Shown: positions 35,974 through 45,926 of the stretch, in pieces | How positions within the stretch are numbered: position 1 is the first letter of the stretch | Layout: every line of letters starts with the position of its first letter | From: an uncultured Candidatus Saccharibacteria bacterium | GTDB taxonomy: Bacteria; Patescibacteriota; Minisyncoccia; Phycocordibacterales; Zambryskibacteraceae | Direction: 5' to 3' | DNA length: 64,000 nt | Assembly: GCA_964582295.1 (NCBI GenBank) | Contig: CAZOQP010000001.1 | Location: 84,754 to 148,753 of the forward strand | Notes under the pieces: generated by a model | Told to the model about the DNA's origin: nothing | Databases searched by the model: none | What the model saw: only the letters and a program-made list of their open reading frames with translations | Position numbers and translations under genes: made by a program

Positions 35974-37923
35974 ATGGACACCACCCCCAGCACCTTAAAT
36001 CCCCACCAGAAAGAGGCCTCCGAACACCTGGAAGGCCCTCTTCTTATATTGGCGGGTGCCGGAGCAGGCAAAACCAAGACCATTACGGAGAGGATAGCCA
36101 ACCTTATAAGGCACGGAGTTGCAGCCGAATCAGTCCTTGCCATCACTTTTACAAATAAAGCCGCCAAAGAAATGCGGGAAAGAGTGCTTACACGGCTGGG
36201 ACGCGAGATGCCACGCTCATTTGAGGCGTATGGAGCTTTCGGGATACCCTTCGTCTCCACTTTTCATTCCCTTTGCGTTTTCATATTAAGGAACGAGTAC
36301 GAAGCTGTCGGCATCCCTCGGCATTTCAAGATATTTGATAAAGCTGATCAGAAAAAAGCCGTAAAGGATGCCCTCATTAAAATAGATGTTGACCCGAAAG
36401 AATATGAGCCGGGGCGCATCGCCTCCATCATCTCCAGAATGAAAAATGATTTCCTGACGCCCGACCAGGCGCGGGAAAAAGCAGAAAGCAATATATCAGA
36501 GGTCGCGGCCTCCGCTTATGCGCAGTACGAAAAAATACTCCGTGAAGAAAAAGCTCTGGATTTTGACGATCTTCTTTTCAAAACTGCAACGCTTTTCAGG
36601 AAACACGAAAATATTCTTGAACGTTATCAAAATAAATGGCTTTACATCCATATAGATGAATATCAGGACAGCAATGAAGTGCAATACGAGCTTGCACGCA
36701 TGCTTTCACTCAAGAGCCGCAACTTGTGCGTGGTCGGAGATGCGGACCAGAATATTTATTCATGGCGCGGAGCGAGTCTGAAACACATCCTGCGTTTTGA
36801 AAAAGATTATCCGGAAGCTAAAGTGATAGTTCTTGAGGAAAACTACCGCTCAACCAAACGCATTTTAGATGCCGCGAACACCGTTATCGCAAAAAATGTA
36901 CTTCGCAAAGAAAAGAATCTCTTCACCAAAAATTCTGAAGGGGAGCTTATAGGAGTGCTCGCTGCTTTTGATGAAGCGACGGAAGCGCGTTTCGCGGCGG
37001 AAACCGCTTCTTCCCTGATACGGCAGGGCACGCCACCCGAAGATATCGCCGTGCTTTACCGCGCAAACTTCCAGTCGCGGCCATTAGAGGAAGCTTTCAT
37101 ACATAATTCAGTTCCATACGAGCTGGTGGGTACAAAATTCTTTGAGCGCGAGGAAGTGAAGCATGCAGTGGCTTATATGCGCCTGCTTCTTGAGGAAACT
37201 CCCGCCGATCTAACACGTGTTGCAAACGTACCAGCACGAGGTCTCACTAAAGTTTCAGTGCTTAAAATTTTGGGCGGACAGGAAGAAGCTCTTTCACCTG
37301 CAGCTAAAAAATCCCTGGCAACTTTCAGAAATCTCATATCAAGCGGCCGCGCGTTTCTTCAGAACCACACGCCTAAAGAAACTTTGGAGCATATGCTGAA
37401 CATCTCCGGATTGGCTAACTATTACGAGGAGCGGGGCCGCGCCGGCTTAGCGGAAGATGAAGAGAAGTTTTACAACCTCCGCGAACTCGTGAACTTATCC
37501 TCGCGCTTTGAAGGGACGGGTATGGATCCTCTTATGAATTTCTTGTCCGAAGCTGCATTGCAAACGGGAGAAGACGATGCGAAAGGGGAAGGAGTGCGAC
37601 TGATGACAGTTCATTCCGCCAAGGGATTGGAGTTCTCATATGTTTTCATTGTCGGCCTTGAGGAAGGCCTTTTCCCTCACGAAAGGATGCATGAGGAGCA
37701 TCTTTCGGAAGAAGAGCGCGAGGAAGAGCGCCGCCTTTTTTACGTAGCTCTAACGCGCGCCAAGCAGAAACTTTATCTCACCTGGGCACAGACCCGCCTG
37801 GTGTTCGGATCGCGCGAAGTGAATATTCCTTCTTCATTCCTTCTTGATATTCCTTCCGAACATCTGGAAACCATTGAAAGCGAGTACGGCGGTCGCAAAT
37901 CTCTTCTCTCAATAGATTTCTAA
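35974..37923 (+). CDS. uvrD: ATP-dependent DNA helicase UvrD/PcrA family
   Basis: Walker A AGAGAGKTKTI and helicase motifs I-VI of SF1 UvrD/Rep. Confidence 0.9.
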   Translation: MDTTPSTLNPHQKEASEHLEGPLLILAGAGAGKTKTITERIANLIRHGVAAESVLAITFTNKAAKEMRERVLTRLGREMPRSFEAYGAFGIPFVSTFHSLCVFILRNEYEAVGIPRHFKIFDKADQKKAVKDALIKIDVDPKEYEPGRIASIISRMKNDFLTPDQAREKAESNISEVAASAYAQYEKILREEKALDFDDLLFKTATLFRKHENILERYQNKWLYIHIDEYQDSNEVQYELARMLSLKSRNLCVVGDADQNIYSWRGASLKHILRFEKDYPEAKVIVLEENYRSTKRILDAANTVIAKNVLRKEKNLFTKNSEGELIGVLAAFDEATEARFAAETASSLIRQGTPPEDIAVLYRANFQSRPLEEAFIHNSVPYELVGTKFFEREEVKHAVAYMRLLLEETPADLTRVANVPARGLTKVSVLKILGGQEEALSPAAKKSLATFRNLISSGRAFLQNHTPKETLEHMLNISGLANYYEERGRAGLAEDEEKFYNLRELVNLSSRFEGTGMDPLMNFLSEAALQTGEDDAKGEGVRLMTVHSAKGLEFSYVFIVGLEEGLFPHERMHEEHLSEEEREEERRLFYVALTRAKQKLYLTWAQTRLVFGSREVNIPSSFLLDIPSEHLETIESEYGGRKSLLSIDF

Positions 37924-37924
37924 T

Positions 37925-38719
37925 ATGAAACATTTTCCTAAAAAATACTTGGGTCAGCATTTTTTGAGATCAGACCCAGCTCTGAAAGCGATCGCGGATG
38001 CGGGAGAGGTGGGCAGGCAGGATGTTGTTCTTGAAATAGGGCCGGGTGAAGGAGCTCTCACTCTAAAACTTTTGCAAAAAGCCGGGAAAGTGTTCGCTGT
38101 CGAGAAAGATATTCAGTTGGTGGCCATGCTCCAGGAAAAATTTTCAACGGAAATAAATAACGGCGAACTGGAAGTTTTACATACTGATATACGTAATTTT
38201 GATCCCGCCAAAGAATTCACAGATAAGGAATACAAGCTCATTGCCAACATTCCGTATTACATAACAGGGGAAATATTGAGAATGTTTTTGGAAACAAAAA
38301 AGCAGCCGGAAAAAATGGTTCTTCTGATACAGAAAGAAGTGGCTCAAAGGATCATGGCACGCGACGGAAAAGAAAGCATTCTCTCTATTTCTATAAAAGC
38401 GTACGGAACTCCTAAAATAATAAAAACGGTTAAGGCCGGTTCATTCCATCCGGCGCCAAAAGTTGATTCGGCGATACTTGCCATTGAAAAAATATCCAAA
38501 GACAAATTTCACGCGGCCGGAGTATCCGAAAAAAGTTTTTTTGAAGTCGTCAAAAAAGGGTTCTCGAGCAAACGCAAAAAACTTTCATCAAATATGGATG
38601 TCGGAAAAGAAAAATGGACGGAGATTGCTGGGAAATTAAAAATCCGAGAGGACATCCGCGCGGAAAATGTTTCCCTTGAGGAATGGTTTGAAATAACCTC
38701 TCTTATCTTAAAAGCCTAA
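37925..38719 (+). CDS. rsmA: 16S rRNA (adenine1518/1519-N6)-dimethyltransferase
   Basis: KKYLGQHFL...VLEIGPGEGALT, the KsgA/Dim1 family SAM motif. Confidence 0.9.
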   Translation: MKHFPKKYLGQHFLRSDPALKAIADAGEVGRQDVVLEIGPGEGALTLKLLQKAGKVFAVEKDIQLVAMLQEKFSTEINNGELEVLHTDIRNFDPAKEFTDKEYKLIANIPYYITGEILRMFLETKKQPEKMVLLIQKEVAQRIMARDGKESILSISIKAYGTPKIIKTVKAGSFHPAPKVDSAILAIEKISKDKFHAAGVSEKSFFEVVKKGFSSKRKKLSSNMDVGKEKWTEIAGKLKIREDIRAENVSLEEWFEITSLILKA

Positions 38720-39133
38720 GAATGCGGGGCGACTGGTACCAACCCGGAACATAACCCCGAGATCGGGAAGAGGGACGCAGGAGGTAAGTAGACCAAATAG
38801 ACCAGTAGGCACCAAAATTAAACAAGTGTTAGTGATAGGAAAATAATCCCCCAGGTACCAAATGCCTGGGATGCCTGCCAGTCCATGTGCGTAAGGAATA
38901 CTTGGGCCTGTGGGCACAGGTCTATATGTGAGGGCCCCTCCAGGAATAAACTTGTTCCCCCCGAGATAAAGTAGCTCATATTGAACCCAAATACCGCCAG
39001 AACATGTACATGGAACGATTTTGGTCGCAAATCCACCGAAAGGTAGAGCAAGAGAGGTCGCAAAAGTGGACACAGGGAGGAGGCATAACACGCAAATGCA
39101 CAAAAAACGTATGAATGAGGGGCGAAATATCAT
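38708..39133 (-). CDS. small Cys/Gly/Pro-rich secreted hydrophobic protein, hypothetical
   Basis: Signal-like N-terminus (FLCICVLCLLPVSTFA) and a second hydrophobic segment. Fills an otherwise 450-nt gap. Could be spurious. Confidence 0.3.
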   Translation of the reverse strand: MIFRPSFIRFLCICVLCLLPVSTFATSLALPFGGFATKIVPCTCSGGIWVQYELLYLGGNKFIPGGALTYRPVPTGPSIPYAHGLAGIPGIWYLGDYFPITNTCLILVPTGLFGLLTSCVPLPDLGVMFRVGTSRPAFLGF

Positions 39134-39175
39134 TTTCGTTTCCTCATTCTAGCATGAGCGTGATATTCTTTATTC

Positions 39176-39991
39176 ATGAAGAACCTCCTTTCAGACAAGA
39201 TAACGGTGGCACTTTCCGCATCAATACTCATTTTGAGCGGAAGCACCGGCTATGCGATAGCACAAAGCCCCCGTTCCGACACCTCTCCTTTGGGGATCCG
39301 GACCGAAAATGAAAAGCAGGACATTGGAAGCCTTATAAGCGCAGAAAACGTGGAAAACTCGGTAAGCGATAACTCATCGCTTTTCACTCCAAGCACTTTC
39401 ACGGCACGTTTCGGCCAAAACGCTTTTTCCCGATTTGTACAAGCATCTCAAAGAGAGGAGGAGGTAAATGCTTCCGACATCATGGAGATCTCTAACAAGG
39501 TGGCTTCAGATCTGGCAGCAAACAGCAATATTAAGTTTACAGAATACTCCTTGGTAGACCTCTCCATAATTTCTGCTCCTACCACAAGCGACTGGCAGAA
39601 ATTCATTTCTGACATAAACACAATACGCAGCAAATATGCTTCGATATTCCGCTCTTCCACAAATTTAGGAGGTCTGGCGACACTTGGCCCAAATAATATC
39701 CCCTCAATACTCAAGGCCGGAGATCTATATTCTCAAATGGCCGAGGAGCTTTTGACAACCCCGGTGCCCGCGCCGGCCTTACAAAGTTTTTTAAAGTTGG
39801 TAAATGCTTATTCAAAAGCGGCTGCAGGACTACCCGCGTTTAAATATCTATCTGATGATCCAGTAAGAGTGATCCCCGGCCTAAGTTTGTATTCGGAAAG
39901 CCAAGACGATGAGTCCGCAGCGCTTAGTGAAATCCAGGTTCTTCTTATAAGCAATGGTATAATTTTTTCTGGGACATACCTCGCTCCCTAA
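39176..39991 (+). CDS. secreted hypothetical protein (first gene of T4SS-like operon)
   Basis: Signal peptide MKNLLSDKITVALSASILILSGSTGYAIAQ. No known motifs. Confidence 0.4.
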   Translation: MKNLLSDKITVALSASILILSGSTGYAIAQSPRSDTSPLGIRTENEKQDIGSLISAENVENSVSDNSSLFTPSTFTARFGQNAFSRFVQASQREEEVNASDIMEISNKVASDLAANSNIKFTEYSLVDLSIISAPTTSDWQKFISDINTIRSKYASIFRSSTNLGGLATLGPNNIPSILKAGDLYSQMAEELLTTPVPAPALQSFLKLVNAYSKAAAGLPAFKYLSDDPVRVIPGLSLYSESQDDESAALSEIQVLLISNGIIFSGTYLAP

Positions 39992-39994
39992 AGC

Positions 39995-41812
39995 ATGAAA
40001 AAGAAAATTTTACTTTTTATACTCTTATTCTCTATATTGGGAAGTCTTTTAATTCCATCAACTACCCAGGCCCAGGGAATAAATATCCCACCACTTACCG
40101 GACTTAGCGAAACTATTCCTCCTGTACCCGTAGGAGATGCTGCCATAAGGAAAAAAGAGGTGGGCTTTACTATTTTTGGAATAGACACGGGTATTTCATG
40201 GGACAGCATAGTGATTATGCTTGGCAGGGCGATGCTAGACAACATATTTGACAGTATGACCGACTGGGTGAACCGCGGATTTGAAGGCAATCCGACTTTC
40301 GCAACAGATCTTAATGATTATTTGTCTAAGGTTGGGGATGTTGTGATAGGAGACGCCTTGAATGAAATAACCAACGGCTTCGCCTGTGAGCCTTTTCGCC
40401 TGGAGATAAGAGCTGCCATAGAAAGAGACTTCGGGGCCGGGGGGCAAGGCAAAATTTTCAAAAACTCCTGCACTTTGAGCGAGATAGAAGCGAACGTGGA
40501 TAATTTTTTGGATGGAAGTTTTGTTGATGGCGGGTGGCCGGCATGGTTCAGGATAACCCAAGTTGATGAGAACAATCCTTACGGCTCATATTTAGAAGCA
40601 AGAGGCGCCATCACTGCAAGTATTGAAGGAGCGCGAAGTGTGGAGCTTGCTAAATTAAGCTGGAGCCAGGGATTCATAGATACACGTGAATGCCTGGAAT
40701 ATCAGACGACCGTAATGATGACAGCGGCAGGTCCTGTTCCTGTTCCTACACAGATATGTAATAAATGGGGGCCGGTAAAAACCCCCGGTGCAGTTATTGC
40801 AAACCAGGTAAATAAACAATTCGGAGCATCAACAGATCAGTTAATAACTGCAGACGAATTGGACGAATTTTTCGCGGCTGTCGTAAACCAGCTCCAGAAC
40901 ATGGTGTTCAGTAGAGATGGAATATTCCGTACGGGAGGAGCACCAAGAATTTCAGGAGCGGCAGGAGATTACAATAGACAGCCGTTCGATCTAGGAACAG
41001 GAGCTTGCACAGTCGAACCCCCCGCACCGATCGTGGTAGGTAGTGACACCACATGGAGAATAACAACTGCCGTAAACGGATCGAATCCTCAATATGTATG
41101 GAGTGGTACGGATATGAGTTCCACCACCAACGCATCCTCGCTAAAGGTTTCTTACTCAATACCCGGCGACAAAAATATGTCGGTTACCCTTTCATATGAC
41201 GAGATCGATCAATCTCAAAGTCCTGATCCAACAACTGGTCAGTATCCGACAACACGAAAAACCCAGAATGTTTCTTGCCCCACCATTCTCGTAACCCCAC
41301 CACCTCTTGCTATTTCATGCATATTAGCTCCACTGGTTATAAACTCTCCTTCCTCTACAAATCATCGTATCTCCCCTACAGATCAAAATGACAGCGTGTG
41401 GGATGGCCCGAATGATCCGGATAATATGTATGCGAGGTACAGGAACGGCACCCTTACGGAAACTGATAAAAAATATCTGGTGGTCTGGCAGGTCACTATC
41501 TCGGGCGGCTCAGGCAAACTTGACCGTATTACTGTCGAAAAGGATAGCGGTATCAATATTGGTGTGAACAGCCAGCTCCCTCCATATCTTCCGAGCCTTA
41601 ATTACTCCCCGGCAGCCGGTATCCCTGTTCAAGGCAACCCCCCATCTATCACCTTAAGACTGCCGGCCTGGTATGAAGAGAGTAATATATTTGCAAGACA
41701 GAACTTAAATGTTGATAAAACCTTAAGAATAAGCGTTCTTGATTCAGATCAGAGCATTGCGAACGGCTTTGTGAACCAATCCTGCCAATCCGTTAAAGTA
41801 ATAGGCCCATAG
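39995..41812 (+). CDS. secreted hypothetical protein, 605 aa
   Basis: Signal peptide MKKKILLFILLFSILGSLLIPSTTQAQG. Gap of 4 nt from the upstream gene. Confidence 0.4.
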   Translation: MKKKILLFILLFSILGSLLIPSTTQAQGINIPPLTGLSETIPPVPVGDAAIRKKEVGFTIFGIDTGISWDSIVIMLGRAMLDNIFDSMTDWVNRGFEGNPTFATDLNDYLSKVGDVVIGDALNEITNGFACEPFRLEIRAAIERDFGAGGQGKIFKNSCTLSEIEANVDNFLDGSFVDGGWPAWFRITQVDENNPYGSYLEARGAITASIEGARSVELAKLSWSQGFIDTRECLEYQTTVMMTAAGPVPVPTQICNKWGPVKTPGAVIANQVNKQFGASTDQLITADELDEFFAAVVNQLQNMVFSRDGIFRTGGAPRISGAAGDYNRQPFDLGTGACTVEPPAPIVVGSDTTWRITTAVNGSNPQYVWSGTDMSSTTNASSLKVSYSIPGDKNMSVTLSYDEIDQSQSPDPTTGQYPTTRKTQNVSCPTILVTPPPLAISCILAPLVINSPSSTNHRISPTDQNDSVWDGPNDPDNMYARYRNGTLTETDKKYLVVWQVTISGGSGKLDRITVEKDSGINIGVNSQLPPYLPSLNYSPAAGIPVQGNPPSITLRLPAWYEESNIFARQNLNVDKTLRISVLDSDQSIANGFVNQSCQSVKVIGP

Positions 41813-41818
41813 GACAAT

Positions 41819-44149
41819 TTGTGTGGACGGCGCGTCCAATTTTTGTCCTTTATCGGATACTATAGGAGTATGAGTTCTTCATGGAAAATACTAATTTCCT
41901 GCTTTTTGGTGTTTTCAATGGCAACAATAGTTTTCCTTCCTTTACCCGCCCACGCTCTATCTCTATTCGGTTTTGCTGCGGGGGCTATCGAGAGTGCGGT
42001 CGCGACACTTGCAAACATGGTTTTGAAGTTCTTTGCTTTCCTGTTGGGAATATGCGCTGTACTACTAGATTACTCCTTGAATCTTACGGTAGTACAGCTA
42101 AGTGAAAACCTCAAAAGTCTTACTGCTATAAACGAAACATGGTCCACCATAAGAGACTTAATAAACCTTTCATTCATATTCATTCTCCTCTTCGCAGCAA
42201 TACGCACAATTCTTGGGCTGGAATCTCCTGTAAAAGTAATAAAAAATATTGTACTCGCTGCGCTCTTCATAAATTTTTCCATGTTCTTCACGCGCGTGAT
42301 GATAGACGCCTCAAACTCTGTAGCCCTGTTCTTTTATGAACGTATAACTTCGGCAATTGTTGACACGAGTGGTTTGGGATCCGCAGCAAATATGTTATTG
42401 AGCGAGCGAGGGAAAACTTTAAGCGCCCTGTATGCCAATCCGCTTAGACTGGGAACTTTATACAAAGCGGCAGACGGAACCGCATCCCAGGTCGTAAATT
42501 CCACAAACATATACACTATCGGACTTATGGGCTCTATGATGCTCGCTTTAGTGGCTTTCGTATTTTTAACCATAGCCATAATGTTTGTTATCCGCTATGC
42601 CGCACTTATTGTTCTTCTGATATTTTCGCCGCTTGGTTTCATAAGCAAGGATCTGCCGATGATAGGGGAGTACAACCAGCAATGGTGGGGTATGCTCAAA
42701 TCACAACTCTTGTTTCCGCCCGTGTTCATGATAATGACCTGGATAACGATCAAGGTCATAAACTCGCCAGGCATTCTGGGGATATGCAAGGACCCGGGAG
42801 ATTGTAATTTTAGAGGCGCTTTGGCAGCAAGCGGGGATATTCCTGATGTGAGTGGAGTGGGCCTCATGATAAATTTTGCGGTAATAATGGCGCTCATCGT
42901 GATGTCTCTTCTTATATCAATTCAGACCGCATCCAAGGGAGCGGAGGCATTTTCAGGTCTCTACAAAAAGGCCAGCAAATGGGCAGGAGGTGCCATGTTT
43001 GGCGGCGCATCTCTTATCGGAAGACAGACGTTTGGTAGGGGATCGGAGATGCTGAAAAATACCAATATGTACACGAAGTGGGAGGCGAAATCTAAGGACA
43101 GTATGATGGCCCGTCTTGCTCTGAACACGGTAGACCAGACCAGGACCGGTTCCATGGACACGCGTGGTTCAAAGTTTGGAAAAGCATTTGCCGGGATGAC
43201 GGGCCTTGATGCGGGAGAAGCTGTGGGACAAGGTGGATTTGAAGCAGATAGAAAGGCCTACAAAGAATATTTTGCAAGACCTGGCTCAGAAGCTAAAAGG
43301 GAGAGGGACGAAAGAGCGGCTAAAGCTACGGCCGTGCTCGACATTGAGGCAGCTCAGGATCTTGATCCGGCTCAAATTGATGCAATAAGAGCTCTCGTAG
43401 GACCTCGAACACCCGACCAGCAGGAAATGGTAGATAAGATGGACAAAATGGAAAAAGCCCTTGCACGCATGACGGATAAGGAGGTGGAGGCAATAGTATC
43501 AAGCAACAAGAAACTTCTTGATAAAGAAGCATTTGCTCAAAAATTAAGCGTTCAACAACTGGAAACTATAAATAAGAGCGATAAATTCTCGGATGAAGAA
43601 AAGAGGGTCTTCAACGACAACCGCTTCAAGCAAATATCCTCAATTATTGAGGCCGCCCAAAGGACTGGAACACCAATTAGTTCTACTGATGCCAAAAAGA
43701 TTGCTGGACTTACAGATAAAGAACTTGAATACGTACCTTCAGACATCATCAACAATAAAAACTTCGTCGGAGCGTTGCGATCTTCACATATGGACTACGT
43801 AAAGAAGAGCACCAAATTCACATCTTCACAGAAAGATGCGATTAAGAATTCTCGCCAGGACGCTCTATTAGGTAGAGTCCAAACTACTCCGTCAGAAATA
43901 GCTAAATTAGATCCAAAAGACGTGGCCAGTCTATTTGACCGGGGAGTACTTACGGATCCTATATATCTAGAACATCTTAATCCTAAAAAGTTAAAGAGTA
44001 TTGGTAAGGAAATAGACGATGAGAGGAAAATAGATCAGATAAAAGCCGCAATTACTGCAGCACCTGGAGGCCCGGCAGGAGGCCCTCCAACAGGAATAGA
44101 TAGATTACAGACATGGCAAGGAAGCCCGGACTATCAAAATAATTTCTAA
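41819..44149 (+). CDS. VirB6/TrbL-like (TcpH/ConG-type) polytopic membrane protein with large C-terminal hydrophilic coiled-coil domain
   Basis: About 8 predicted TM helices in the first ~400 aa. A ~370-aa charged C-terminal region ends in a Pro/Gly-rich tail. This architecture is typical of Gram-positive T4SS VirB6 homologs. Confidence 0.5.
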   Translation: MCGRRVQFLSFIGYYRSMSSSWKILISCFLVFSMATIVFLPLPAHALSLFGFAAGAIESAVATLANMVLKFFAFLLGICAVLLDYSLNLTVVQLSENLKSLTAINETWSTIRDLINLSFIFILLFAAIRTILGLESPVKVIKNIVLAALFINFSMFFTRVMIDASNSVALFFYERITSAIVDTSGLGSAANMLLSERGKTLSALYANPLRLGTLYKAADGTASQVVNSTNIYTIGLMGSMMLALVAFVFLTIAIMFVIRYAALIVLLIFSPLGFISKDLPMIGEYNQQWWGMLKSQLLFPPVFMIMTWITIKVINSPGILGICKDPGDCNFRGALAASGDIPDVSGVGLMINFAVIMALIVMSLLISIQTASKGAEAFSGLYKKASKWAGGAMFGGASLIGRQTFGRGSEMLKNTNMYTKWEAKSKDSMMARLALNTVDQTRTGSMDTRGSKFGKAFAGMTGLDAGEAVGQGGFEADRKAYKEYFARPGSEAKRERDERAAKATAVLDIEAAQDLDPAQIDAIRALVGPRTPDQQEMVDKMDKMEKALARMTDKEVEAIVSSNKKLLDKEAFAQKLSVQQLETINKSDKFSDEEKRVFNDNRFKQISSIIEAAQRTGTPISSTDAKKIAGLTDKELEYVPSDIINNKNFVGALRSSHMDYVKKSTKFTSSQKDAIKNSRQDALLGRVQTTPSEIAKLDPKDVASLFDRGVLTDPIYLEHLNPKKLKSIGKEIDDERKIDQIKAAITAAPGGPAGGPPTGIDRLQTWQGSPDYQNNF

Positions 44150-44157
44150 AATAATCC

Positions 44158-44787
44158 ATGATAATCTCCAAAGAAAAAAGACGAGCTGCATACCAACAAC
44201 TTCCTGAAAAAATCAGAGAATATATTTCATCTGGCGGCAGTATAGAAAAAACAGATACCCTAGCGCAAAAATTTTCCTTAACCCCAAATCAGGACATTGT
44301 CCTTGATGACGAGATCACTCTTGTTCTTATGGGACTTGAAACGAAAGACGATATGCTTGCATCACTTCAGGAAAAGACGGGGATTGGAAAGAACAAGTGC
44401 CTGGAAATAATAATGGAAGCTGATAAATTTATTTTTCAGCAATTCAAACAGTGGATACCAAAACAAAATCAGGGGGCAATTAAACTAAATGCCCTAGAAC
44501 AATTGCCTCAACAACTGAAAACAATAAAGCTCCCAGATGGAGCAGCGGGTTCTTTGCCGGACCACGAAGAGATAATTAAAAATCCTATCGTAATGCCATC
44601 CAATCCTGTAATTGCAGCTGCACCAGTACCCCAAAAACCTGAAGCATCTAAGAATCTGCCTCCGATAGATAATCTTTCATGGGAAGAGAGGAAAAAGCGT
44701 GCTGAAGAAGCCCTGAAAAACATAGCGCCTACGGAAAACAAAAAGTACCCAGGCGGAGCAGATCCCTACAGGGAGCCAATCTCGTAA
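44158..44787 (+). CDS. hypothetical soluble protein in T4SS-like operon
   Basis: ORF only, tightly packed in the operon. Confidence 0.4.
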   Translation: MIISKEKRRAAYQQLPEKIREYISSGGSIEKTDTLAQKFSLTPNQDIVLDDEITLVLMGLETKDDMLASLQEKTGIGKNKCLEIIMEADKFIFQQFKQWIPKQNQGAIKLNALEQLPQQLKTIKLPDGAAGSLPDHEEIIKNPIVMPSNPVIAAAPVPQKPEASKNLPPIDNLSWEERKKRAEEALKNIAPTENKKYPGGADPYREPIS

Positions 44788-44802
44788 GCAGAGCTTACGA
44801 GA

Positions 44803-45261
44803 TTGGCGGGTTATAATATCTTTATGCGTTTTCAAGTACCACAGTTCATTGAAGTTGAAGACAAGATATTCGGACCCTTCACGTTCAAACAATTCGTTTA
44901 TCTTGCAGGTGGGGCAGGGATGATAGCTATTGCCTTCACGTTTCTTCCTAAGTTCTTGGCTTTTCTTGTAGCCCTTCCTATTGCAGGACTTGCGGCAGCC
45001 CTTACTTTTTACAAAGTGAATAACCGTCCTTTCATTTACACACTGGAGGCATACCTCAACTATCTGCTCACTAAAAAACTTTTCGTATGGAAAACCAGGC
45101 AAAGGACGGCGCAAGCCCATCCTTCGGCCGACACAAATTCTGAAAGACCGCAGGTGCAAGTGCCTAAAATTTCAGGGAGCAGACTTCGCGACCTTACATG
45201 GGATCTGAGCGTTAAAGGACGGACCGACATAAATCAAACAAAAGACACGGATACCGTTTAA
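44803..45261 (+). CDS. VirB3-like / TcpE-like small 2-TM protein
   Basis: FGPFTFKQFVYLAGGAGMIAIAFTFLPKFLAFLVALPIAGLAAALTFY. Two TM helices, directly upstream of the VirB4 genes as in Gram-positive T4SS. Confidence 0.4.
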   Translation: MAGYNIFMRFQVPQFIEVEDKIFGPFTFKQFVYLAGGAGMIAIAFTFLPKFLAFLVALPIAGLAAALTFYKVNNRPFIYTLEAYLNYLLTKKLFVWKTRQRTAQAHPSADTNSERPQVQVPKISGSRLRDLTWDLSVKGRTDINQTKDTDTV

Positions 45262-45291
45262 TACTATAATTACGGCTGGAGAATATTCACA

Positions 45292-45924
45292 ATGCCAATA
45301 TCCGCACAATCTACACAAGACTTCGTACCTATAAAAGACGTGCGCGACGGAGTCGTCATTTTAAAAGACGGAGGATTGAGAAGTATCCTGATGACATCAT
45401 CTGTCAATTTTTCCCTGAAGTCGGAGGACGAGAAGACCGCCATCATTTATCAGTTCCAGGATTTTCTGAATTCCCTTGATTTCTCAGTGCAAATACTGAT
45501 GCAGTCCCGCAAGCACGACATCAGACCTTACTTGGCTCTCCTTGAAGGCCGCAAAAAAGAGCAGATGAACGATCTTTTGAAGATCCAAATACAGGAATAC
45601 ATAGAGTTCATAAAAACTTTTACAGAACGCCAGAACATAATGACGAAAAGTTTTTTCGTGGTAGTGCCCTATACTCCGAATGCCCTTAATAACTCCAATT
45701 TCATGCAGAAAGTCATGCCTGGAAAAGGAACACCCACCCAAAAGAAAGAAGGGAAATTTGAAGAGGACGTCGTTCAGCTTGATCAGCGCCTCTCTGTTGT
45801 AATGCAGGGGCTTTCGCGCTGCGGCTTGCGAGCAGTTCGCCTTGGCACAGAAGAGGTAATCGAGCTTTTCTACAAAGTTTTCAACCCCGGGGAAACAGAG
45901 AAGCCGATCCAGATGCAATCATAA
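45292..45924 (+). CDS. VirB4-family N-terminal domain protein (separate ORF)
   Basis: FVPIKDVRDGVVILKDGGLRSILMTSSVNFSLKSEDEKTAIIYQFQDFLNSL resembles the N-terminal region of Gram-positive VirB4/TrsE/ConE ATPases. Ends with TAA 2 nt before the next ATG, in a different frame. Confidence 0.45.
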   Translation: MPISAQSTQDFVPIKDVRDGVVILKDGGLRSILMTSSVNFSLKSEDEKTAIIYQFQDFLNSLDFSVQILMQSRKHDIRPYLALLEGRKKEQMNDLLKIQIQEYIEFIKTFTERQNIMTKSFFVVVPYTPNALNNSNFMQKVMPGKGTPTQKKEGKFEEDVVQLDQRLSVVMQGLSRCGLRAVRLGTEEVIELFYKVFNPGETEKPIQMQS

Positions 45925-45926
45925 AT